From assembly GCF_016806735.1 (NCBI RefSeq), contig NZ_CP060530.1, positions 240,001-272,000 of the forward strand: a DNA stretch of 32,000 nt, given 5' to 3'. Of the stretch, positions 16,471-28,400 are shown in pieces (within the stretch, counting starts at the first letter, position 1; each line of letters starts with the position of its first letter). Position numbers and translations under genes: made by a program. Below the pieces are notes generated by a model that saw only the letters and a list, made by a program, of their open reading frames with translations, was not told the DNA's origin and did no database searches. Origin of the DNA: Candidatus Micrarchaeum sp. (GTDB lineage: Archaea > Micrarchaeota > Micrarchaeia > Micrarchaeales > Micrarchaeaceae).

Positions 16471-19400
16471 AGGCCCAGCATACCTACAACATGCCTTCCA
16501 AATTCCGGGTATCTGTGCGAATCCCCTATAATGAATACTAGCGGCTATGTTGCAGTAAAGTTCGGAACTGTCAACCAGCAAAACATAGTAATAACGGGCC
16601 TGGGATGCTCGAGCGGAGACGTCGTGCCTTCAAATATAAGCTCAACCAATCTGCCTGTTTCCTCTGGCCAAGTAAAAGCCCTTGTCTTCAAGTGCCCGGT
16701 CCAGGCCCATTCAATAAATTCGCATTTTACCGGCACTCTATGGCTTCAATATACTTCCGACGGCATACCTGGCCAGCTGGGCGAAATTGGTACTCTTAGC
16801 GCGGCCGAAAGCACTCCTGACATAGTCGCTACTGCTTTCGTAAGTTCAAATTCCACATCAACAAGCACAAGCACGACTTCGACTAGCACATCCACAACTA
16901 CCACTTCAACTTCAACGACTTCAACTTCTACCACTACCTCTACGTCTACTATTCCGTACGTGCCAATAATACTTAAAAATTCACAGTCGTCAAACACTCC
17001 TGCGCCGTTCCAGCAGATGGTCATAGCCAACAGCACAAAATACGCAAGCTATATCCATTCCGGATGGTCCAATGTCGAATTCACCACCGGGCCAGCAGCA
17101 ACTGGCAATACTATAAGCGCATGGATAGAAAGCAATGCAACAAATTCATCCAAGACTACCGTAGTATGGCTAAAACTATTGTCAGGAATAAAAGCAAACA
17201 ATTCCAGCGTAGTATACATGGATTTCATGCCTGGCAATGTGCTGTCCTCCAACGGGCCAACCGGCGAAGCTCCTCAGCTTTCGCCATCATACGCCGAATA
17301 CGACGACGGTGCAAGCGTGTTCGACTTCTACGCTAATTTCGCAGGAACATCTTTGTCGTCAAACTGGACGTCTGGAGAAAGCGACGGAACCATTTCGGTA
17401 AATAACGGATTGACGGAAACAATACCGTATGATGCTGCAACTGGCAGCTATACATATGTTTCTACCTCACTGTATAAAATCAATGGTCCCGTAATTGCAG
17501 AAAGCTATGCCAACCTGAACGGGTTTGATACTACTAATTTCAGGATGGTCCCGGTAGCATTAACTCAATACAATAATCAGACTTGGCACGCAGATAATAG
17601 TGAAAATGAAAACGCAGCGGGGTGGTCTGGTAATGTTCAGGCCAATCCAACAATATCGGCAGAAACAACTACTTCGTCAGCAGCTGACGAATTTGAAAGT
17701 TCACAGATTTCGTCAAGTAACGCCTATCAATTATTTGGAATATTATATCCAGATAATGGTTCTGTATCAGTCCAATATAATTACCAAAATTGGGGTTCAA
17801 CAACAACTTACGTGCCATCAACACCTCTTTATCTGACAATATCGAATTGGTTAAATCCGGCGCAATCGGAGTACTCAACAACATATCCTATTAATGTTGA
17901 TTGGATACGTGTACGCGCATATCCGCCCAACGGCGTAATGCCTTCTGTCACTTTCTGGAATCAGGATGCTTCGCCATTATTAAAAATACAGAATAATACA
18001 ACAGTTTATGCATCATCAAATGATATAATAAATGCAACCGCCCTATTTCCAAATACAAGCATCGAACTACTAAGAAACGGTAGTGTCATAGCTTCCGGGA
18101 CGGGCAGCGTATCGTATATATTGAATTCCAACAGCAGTTCTACATGGGCGGCAGGCAGATACTATATAACCGCTTACGAACCCGGGGTAGGGGTTCCAAA
18201 CACTATACAAAATATTACTATATCAAAAGCAACTCCAAAAATAAACGAAAGCGTAAGCAATCTCAATACATTTAACACAGGAACAATTTACAACTACAGC
18301 ATCAAATATTCTGTAAATTCCTTCGACAACCAGCTTGATGCATACCTTTCAATAAATGGGATAAATGTATCATCAACTAACTCCATAAGCACCTACACTT
18401 TCAATATGTCAAATACTACTTCATTTTATGCTTTTACACCTGGCAACGCCAACTATACTGCGGTTGCCTTAAACAAGACAAGCGTGTATGTGGTAAGGTA
18501 TCCGTACTACGTGCCCATAACAATATACAACAACCAGTCAAGCAATACTCCGGCCCCGTTCCAGCAGCTCATAAAAATAAACATGTCAAAATACGCTAAT
18601 TATGCATCCGATAACCTTAGCAACATTTTCTTCTTCTACCAAAACAAGACTATAATACCTTCTTGGCAGGAGAGTGGCACAGCAGGGGCTACATTCAACG
18701 GCGCGCCTGCTTATATGATGCAAGAAGGCGGATATAAATGGATGAACAACGCAGCACAGCACTTTACAATATCTATATGGGTAAATCCTTCCTCACCAAA
18801 CGGCGTAATACTAGACGAGCTGAACCAAAGCGATAGCTGGCATGACTCCTGGCTAGACTTAGTTAATGGAAACGTACAAATGAGGATATGGAATCTAGGG
18901 TGCGTGAATCTCGGTGCTATACCAGATAATCAGTGGAGCAACATAGTAATGGAGTACAACGGTTCTACTTATTCCGGATACATTAACGGCAACTTTGCCG
19001 GATCTGGCACCGGAACGCGTTCGGTCCCTGGCGGTTCATATGCCCTGTCCTACGCACTTGGCAAGAACGATACAACGAATTGCGGCTCAGGCTCTGCATT
19101 TGACGGGCTTATGCTTAACTACCAAATATACAACACAACGCTGCAGCCCAGCGGCATAAAAAGCATATATTCAAATGGAAAATACGGAACACCTCCATTC
19201 AATTCGTCCGAAGGGCTAAGCGGCTGGTGGCAGCTCAAATACAACTCCAGCGCACAGGAAGGCGGTGACAACATGGTATACAGCAACGTCAACTTTACAA
19301 GCTTGAATACTTATTATTGGCTCAAGCTCAATAATGGCATACCTGCGAACAGCAATCTTACTGTATACATGGGCTTCGCCAACAAGAGCGACATGCTGTT

Positions 19401-22400
19401 CAATAAACTTACAACCGGCGAAGCCCCGCAGCTTTCGCCATCATACGCCGAATACGACGACGGTGCAAGCGTGTTCAACAACTACTGGAACTTTGCTGGA
19501 ACAACGCTGCCAAGTGGATGGACATCTACTACAGATTTTACGGGAAGTGTCAATAATGGACTAACAGTTACAAGCTCCTCTGCTTGGGCTGGTGTTGCTT
19601 CTGGTGCAATTACTGCATCCCCGCCAATCATATTGGATGCTTATGACGAAGTTACTTCAGAGCAAGCAGCTAACATTGGCTTCAGCTCAGGCACAAGTTT
19701 TAGTTCGACTTATTCATATTACGATTCTTACCAATACCTCCAGGCATCTGGCTCTTCGTACACGACAGCAAATATATATTATGCTACAAGTTCGGCGCAA
19801 ACGGCTATTGTTACTGGCACGCTTCCTACTGCATCGAACTCTGGGTATAATGTTTATAGCGCGGTATTCACTGCTTCAAACGTGGCGCAGCTTCAAAACT
19901 ATGCAAGCGTAGATTCCGCATCAACTACTGATTTATCATCCGCTTCGTATGTTTTTGCTTCAGTATACAGTGGAGCAACGGAAAAAATCCAGTGGATGCG
20001 TACGCGTGCATATCCTCCCAACGGCGTAATGCCTAGTTATAACATAGGGCTTACTTACGCTCCTGCTGCCCCAGAACTGCTAATAAACAAATCTACGATA
20101 TCATATGGACACACGGACGCCATAGCTACATCCTCACAGATAAGCGGTGACGAGGTAGAGCTTTCGATAAACGGCAATGTTGTTTCGGGACCGACGTCGA
20201 ACACAATAAATTATGATTTCCCAATAAGCGTTCCAGGAACTTACATAGTAAATGCTACCAATATAAACAATTCAAAAACTACCTCGCTGCAAATTACTGT
20301 AGTAAAAGCCGTTCCTGAAATCCACGGCCCAAAACCGGGATTTTATTCTAATAGCTACAATTCCACGTACTCAATCTCTACAGTTTCGAATCAGCTTACA
20401 GGAAACCTGTACGTAAACGGCGTAAAAGTCTCCGCGACGAACTCGTCCAATACTATAGAATTAAACGCCCTGGGCACATATGCGCTTATATTCAATACTA
20501 CTGGCAATGCAAATTATACTTCTGCAACAACGGGCATAATAAATGTAGACATAATAAACCAGAGCGTGCCATATAAAATTCCCGATAACATCTATTATTA
20601 TTCAGTAGTGCATGTGCATAACAGCCAATCTGTTCCTACAATAAAGCAGCCACAGGAATACCTGCAAATAAACGCGAGTGCATTTGAAAATTATATAAAC
20701 TATAACTACAGCAGTGCAAACTTCGAATTCTTCTCGGCTAACGGCACAATCGTGCCAGGGTGGATAATAGATAATGTTTCAGGCGAAATAGGCATATGGC
20801 TAAAGCTGCCCGAAAGCATACCTGCAGGGTCAAACGAGACTGTTTATCTGGGTTTTGCACAAAAGGCCACAAACCTTCTCTCAAGCTCAGGCACAACAGG
20901 CATAGGCGAGGCACCACAGTTAAGCTCAACCTACGCCGAATACGACGACGGTACAGGCGTTTTCCAGGCCTATTTCAATGGGGTAACTCCACTTTCAGAT
21001 TTCAGCGTCCAGAGTGGTTACAGCTCAGCTCAGGCATCCGGCCAGTGCGCTACAAGCCTCAATTGCAGGTCAAGCACGGTCTATTACATAAAGTCATCAG
21101 GATCTGGGGCAAGGGCGTTCGACGTTGCATACAACAAGGCATTTCCAGATAACGCAACATTAGTGCTGGGATCGAACATAGATACGACGCTAACCAACGA
21201 AGGCTTCGTGAGCCTAGGCGCAGCTTCAATGTCCTCTTCTCCTCCTGGGATAGACTATTCTGCAGGAAACGGAGACTCGTTATCAACTACGTGGCTACAG
21301 GGCGGCAACTATGGCGGTTCTCCTGGTTCAACTTCATCCACACCTCCACCATATCTTTATTACGAAATGAGTTATGTGCCAGGAGCATCTGACGTAGTAA
21401 GCACGATATACGACGAGGGTGCTTCCGTAAGCTATAACAACTATATTCCATCTTCATACTCAGGAGGTCTATACATAGGGATAGCATCCGCGACAGAATA
21501 CGTAAACGAACTGGACTACTCTAGCTGGATGGCAGCTGCACAGTCCACAAGCACTGGCGTATTCCCTGCAGCAAACGTTACAAGAAATGCGCAGCCTGTA
21601 GGTTCTATAGAGCTCCTAATAAACAGCCAAAGGGAAAACACAACTCTGAATTACTCAATAATAAATATAACTGCAACATCCCTTTCCGGAATATACTCAA
21701 CAGACACTGTAGAAGTGCTGCTAAACGGCAATATTATATGCACAGGAGTTGGAACATGCACCTACGATAGCCCTATCGCAGCCTCAACTTCAACATATAA
21801 CGTTACAGCAAAGAACTTGAATACTTCAGCCGAGCGGACCTTCGGCCTCAAGGTGGACAAGGCCGTTCCGGAAATAAGAACAAACGCACCATATTACGGG
21901 ATTAACAACGGAACAATGTACTACTCGGTCAACACTATAAATTCGCAGATAAGGGCTTACTTGTATGTGAATGGAGTCCAGGTTTCCAACACAATAAGCG
22001 AATCGAGCTACGTAGTAAATGCCATAGGCAACTACAGCCTGTATGCTTCTACGCCAGGAGATTCAAACTATACCAATTTTACAACGCCGACAAAGACAAT
22101 GCACATAATACCTTCGCCAAAGTTCTTTATCCCCATACTCATAACAAACAACCAAAGCGTAGCTACTCCGGCCCCGTTCCAGCAAGAGCTCACGTTCAAC
22201 AGTCTAACGTATAAATATGCCGAAGCTGGCAACCTTGACAACGTTCTATTCTTCTATGCAAACGGAACCGTAGTACCTTCATGGCTCGAATCAGGCAACA
22301 GCAACACTAGCACAAGCACGATATACTGGCTCAACATAAGCCACGGCATTCCAGCAAAGAGCTCTATAACAGTATACCTTGGCATTACAGCCAAGAACTA

Positions 22401-25400
22401 TAGCGTATTTAACAACGTGTCAATCGGCGAAGCAGCACAGCTGTCATCCCCATACGGCGAATATGACAATATTGCCCATGTAATGGACAAGGGGCTCCTA
22501 TACCAGATATGGGGCTGGGGCGGCTCAGGCATACAGTCGCAGTCGGAACTATACCAGTCTAGCATGACTCCAGGGTCCAGCTTCACTTTTGGCACTACCA
22601 CAGCAACGGCGTCCCAGACATTGTATAATGCCAACTTTACCGGAGTTACGGAAGACGTTGACGGTTCATCGGAGCCATACGTAATAATAAACTACCAGAA
22701 CGGCTATTCTGGAGGAGCACCGCCTCCAAACCCTCCGGTATCAAACGACAATTTCTGGCTTCTCAAAGCGATAGGATTCGTGCATTACACATCTGGCGTA
22801 TCTCTCTACGGGATAGCTGACGACGCCATAGGCTTGGGATATAGCCAATATTCGACAGGCAGCATAGGGTCCTGGATCGGAGGTACAAACAATCCAAACA
22901 ACACGATAAGCGAATGGAAAGCAGAGGGTGCAACCGTATATTCAGGCACAATATCGAGCAGCGGGGATTATCCGATAGAACTAGATTTCGAGAACCAGAA
23001 TGGCCCTGGGTATATAGGCATGTGGTCGAATTCACCTCTAAATTACTACTCTGCAGCATATCCTCCTGACGGCGTAATGCCGAGCGCTGGTGTGGAAGCC
23101 ATAAACGGGCCTCCAGCGCTGAACATAACCTACGATACCATAGCGTATTCGAACACAACGGATTATATATACGCCACTGGACGCCCTTCGAACAACACTG
23201 TCGAAATACTCATAAATGGAAACGTTGTCGATACGGGCATAGGGACATTGAACTACACTCTGCCAATACTTCCTGCAGGAACATACAAAATAGAGGCATA
23301 TGACACTAACAAAAACCTTTCAACAAACGGCACCATAACTATAATCAAAGCAGTTCCTGAAATAACAGAGACAAGCGGCGGCACATATTCCAAAAACTAT
23401 ACGATAGGCTTCGCTTCCAACACTGTAAACGACCAGCTTACGCTCAACCTTTACGTGGACAATGCAATAGTGGCATCCACAAATTCCGTTTCAGACTATC
23501 CAATAAACAAGGTGGGCAATTACACATTCTTCGCAGGCACTGCAGGCAATGCCAACTACACGGCCAGGAATCTTACTTTGCAGCAGCTGCACGTGATACC
23601 TAAACAGGTGCCATCAATTGTTCCTAATGACATTGCCTATTATGTTCCGATTGTGATAGCCAACAATCAGCCAGTCGCTACGCCTGCGCCCTTCCAGGAA
23701 ATGCTTACTGTCGATAGCGCGCTGTATAAGCAATATGAAAACGGCTCTTTGGAGAACGTCAAATTCTTCTATTCAAACGGCACCACAGTGCCCTCGTGGC
23801 TCTATTCTGGCAATTCGAACCACAGCACCTCTTCGATATACTGGGTAAAGCTTTCCGGAGGCATAAGCGCAGACTCGTACCAGACAATATTCATGGGATT
23901 CAGCACAATGGAAGCCGTCATAATGAACAACAGGACAACCGGTGAAGCCCCACAGCTGAGCAAGGTATATGGCCAGTATGACGATATAGCTGGCGTAATG
24001 AACCCTGGCCTGCTATACGAGGTGTATTACAACGGTGCCGTAACCGGATGCGTCCCGACTGATAACGACGTATATGCTGCAGTAGTGTACAGCGGCTATT
24101 CGATAAACGGATCATGCAGTCCAATAACTTCGAGCACGCTGCCATCGCTGACTCCGGTAACCGGGACATCTCAGTCTGTTGACGGAACGGGGGAGAACAA
24201 CGTGCTTATAAACGTTGAAGGGGGCTATACCGGCGGCTCTCCGTTCCCGAACCCCCCAGTTTCCAACTACGATGATATAATAGTCACCAAGAGCATAGGA
24301 TTTGCAGATTCAAAGCAGCCTGTCAATTTCTATGTCAAAATAGACGATGCAGGCCAGCTCGGCTATTCGAACTACACCCTTAACGGCTCGGAAGAAAACT
24401 GGCTGGGCAGTTATTCAAATTCCTACAATATAATCAACGAATGGCACGCCGAAGCCGCAACACAATACAATGGCATAGTGACTGGCACAGGCGCCTACCG
24501 CATACAATATGACTACGCCAACCAGGGCGGTCCAGGCTATTGGAGCTTATGGTCCAATTCAAGCGTTAACTATTACAGCCCTTCTGCACAGCCAAACGGC
24601 GTAATGCCCGCTTACACAACAGGCCAGCTCGGCTACGGCATGAACAGGCTTATAATAGCCAATAACCCCGCACAGTACCACGTAAAGAGCGGGGTCATAG
24701 CTGTAGGGCTAAACCTTACCAACAATATCGACATATATGTCAATGGCTCATTCGTCAAAAACGGCACTGGCATAGTCAATTATACCGAAGACAACCTTCC
24801 ACTTGGCAATTTCAGCGTCAAGAGCGTGAACCTGGCAACAAGCAACACCATAACCGAAAACCTGCGCATAATACCGAACGACCCGTTCCTTATAATACAG
24901 TTCCCGCAGTCGCTCTACGGGGACCAGAACAATATAACTGGAATATCAAACGTCACAGGTGACAGGATAGAGCTGCGCCTCGAGGACGGAGTCATACTGT
25001 CAACAGCATCAAACACTGTTGTTTACGATGGCAATACGCTAAAGCCCGGCAAGTACAACATAACCGCAATAGACCTAAACCAGCCGGCATATTCGCAAAC
25101 AAAAAGCCTTACGATACTGCCTCCGAACGTGACTCTTAGCATACAGCACCAAACTGCACTATATTATACTAATGACCTTCTGAACGCAACGACCTCCCAG
25201 CCGCTAGACCATGTGACCATAGCCATAAACGGCACGGTTGTCGCAAATTCGACTTCGAAGACTTCATATACGGAAAACTCGCTGCCCCTGGGGGTTTATC
25301 CTGTGCAGGCGTGCGATGCGGATTCGCTCACGTGCACCAACATCGAAAACCTTACGATAGCTCCTAACGACCCGCACATATCCATACAAAACAGGCTTGC

Positions 25401-28400
25401 CGAATTCGGCCAGAACGACACGATAACTGCAACGTCAAACGTCACCGGAGACAATGTCAGCATAATAATAAACGGGAAGGTTGTGGCATCGGGCGCAGGT
25501 GCTGCATACTTCAATACTGCGTCGCTGGTTCCTGGAACGTACAACGCCACTGCTGAAGATACTGTGCAGCCGGCTTATTCGCAGCCCTTGCAATTCGAAG
25601 TGACCGGCCAGGTGGTTTCACCTGCAGGAATACTTAACTATGTTCCAATACTGATAACAAACAACCAGAGCGTAGCTACGAAAGCGCCATTCCAGCAGAT
25701 GATAGAAGTAAACGCCCAGAACTACGTCTCATACGAATCCGGAGGCATGCAAAATGTCGAATTCTCCTACTCAAACGGCACCATAATACCTTCGTGGTTC
25801 GAGGGCAGTCTGGCAAACGAATCCAAAACGACATCCCTCAACGAGTCTGCAGGCGATGTTTACTGGCTTAAAATAGCAAACGGCATCCCAGCAAAGAGCT
25901 CCATAACAGTATACATGGATTTCGCGGCAGTAGGCAAGAATCTGCTCAATTCAAATTCAACCGGAGAGGCCCCGCAGCTAAGCTCAACATATGCGCAATA
26001 TGACAACGGTGCGAACATATTCAACAATTATTGGAATTTCGCCGGGACATCGATGCCGAGCGGATTTACCGAATACTCAAATGGCGGTTCTACGAGCGTT
26101 GACAACGGCCTCAACATTGATCTTGCAAGCAGCGGAGATTATATGTCATTCGTATACGGGACTCCAATAAGTGCAAATGACACGATAGTTGAGACCTACG
26201 ATTCTGGAACAAGGGGCAATGGCCCTACAGACCTTGGAATGTACCAGTCAAACAGTGGCAGTGCAGGCGGCTATGCCGGCGTTGCAAACACGTGGGGCTG
26301 GGGATATGGCACCATAAGCAGCGGCTACAGCAACCTGGGCAGGCCTTTCGACATTTCCGACGGCGACGGTGTAGCTAGCATATACTGGATAGGCAGCGGA
26401 AACGAGGGCGTAGGGTGGAATTATGATTTTGTTTCAAGCACAAACACCAACGAGGCGTTCCATAGCAGCGCATACATGACAATCGGAATCGGCTATGCAG
26501 CTGCAGGCTCCGACATCAATTATTACTGGCTCCGCACAAGATATTATCCTCCCAACGGCGTAATGCCTTCAGTAGACTTCGGCACTGAGAGATCAACAAC
26601 TGGCGCTTATCTAAACATAAGGCACAATCCATCGCTCTACAGGACAAACGACACTTTCACCGCAATAGCTTCGAATGCCACTTACATAATAGAAATACTC
26701 AAGGACGGCACCCTTGTCTCAAGAGGCTCGGGCAGCACTTCCTACACCGAAAACGATTTTGCCATAGGCGCATACAATATAACTGCAGACAACCTCAACA
26801 CCGGCAATACTACAACGCTAAAACTTTCAGTGATACAAAATCCTCCAAGGCTGAGCGTATCTAAAACAAAGCTTCTATTCGGCCAGGAGGACACAATAAG
26901 CGCCTATTCGAACGTCACCGGAGACAAGATTGCGATAGAAATATCCAATTCCATAGTTTCTGAAGGAATAAACAACGCCACATATGCAGAAACAAACTTA
27001 AGCATAGGCAACCACACGGTAGTGGCTGAAGACCTAAACGCCAGCAACTTGGCCCAGTCGGCACCACAGGTCATAACGGTTCTCAAGAACCCGCCAAGGC
27101 TTGAGATTGAATCCTCAAATTCGCCTTACGGCAAGGACGACAATATCACTGCAATATCCAATGTCACCGGCAACAGGGTTCAGATACTGGTCAACAACGC
27201 AATAGTCGCGAACGCAACTGGCACCACAGTATACAACGCCAACACGCTGACAGTCGGTACATACAACATAACAGCAAGGGACATAAGCCCCAACGACACT
27301 TCGCAGACGTCCAACACCCTTACCATAGAACCTCCAAACATAGAGCTATATTTCACATCCAATCCGAGCTTCTATGGCAACAGGAACGAAATTACCGCGG
27401 AAGCCTCGATTGGCATCGACAACGTTACGCTTAGCATAAACGGAAACTTAGTGGCAATAGGCGTTGGCAAGGCTAACTTCACAGAATCAAATTTCAGCGT
27501 GGGCAACTATACTGTCCAGGGCTGCGACACTACTGCGAAGTTCTGCACAGCCAATACAACGCTAAGGGTGGAGCCGAACCCTCCACTGCTGACAATCCAG
27601 CACAATCCGATGCTGTACGATCAGGACAACAACATAACTGCAAAAGCCAACAATACTGGGTCAGGCATAAAGCTGCTGATAAATGGCACGGTTGTAGAAA
27701 ACGGCACCAATGAGGTCTTCTACAACGCGAAATCGCTGGCTCTCGGCACATACAACATAACCGCGGAAAGCCTGAGCGACAACGTGCTTGCGGTAACAAC
27801 TGCAAAACTCACAGTCAACAAGAACCTTCCGATACTGTCGATACAGAACCGCACTCCGCTATACAGGAATACAAACCTCATATCGGTGCTGGCAAATGTA
27901 ACAGGATATCCGATAGAGCTCTTAATAAACGGCACAGAGGTGGCCAACGGAATAGGAAACATAACCTATGATGCGGACACGCTCAAGCCTGGCAACTATT
28001 CTGTCATAGCTGCAGATACAAATTCGTCCAATCCATCTACCGTAAATTCCACGATAAAGGTCCTGGCTCCAAAGGTATCAATAACTCCTGTCAAAGGATC
28101 ACCGGAATACGGGCTTAACTTCACCCTTGAGGCCAACACCACGCAGAAACTCGATACCGTCAACATGTCAATAGGCAACACTCTTATAGGAAGGTCAGCT
28201 TCGCATTTCAACTATACAGAGGACAATTTGAGCATAGGCACATACAACATAACCGCGTGCGATGTCAATGCAAGCGTGTGCGCAAAGTACTCGCTCACAA
28301 TATCCAAAAATTATCCTTCGCTGAAGCTCAGCCAGAATCCGTCGCCATACGGAACTCCGAACTATGCAACCGTAAACACGTCACTGCACGGCAAGGTTGT

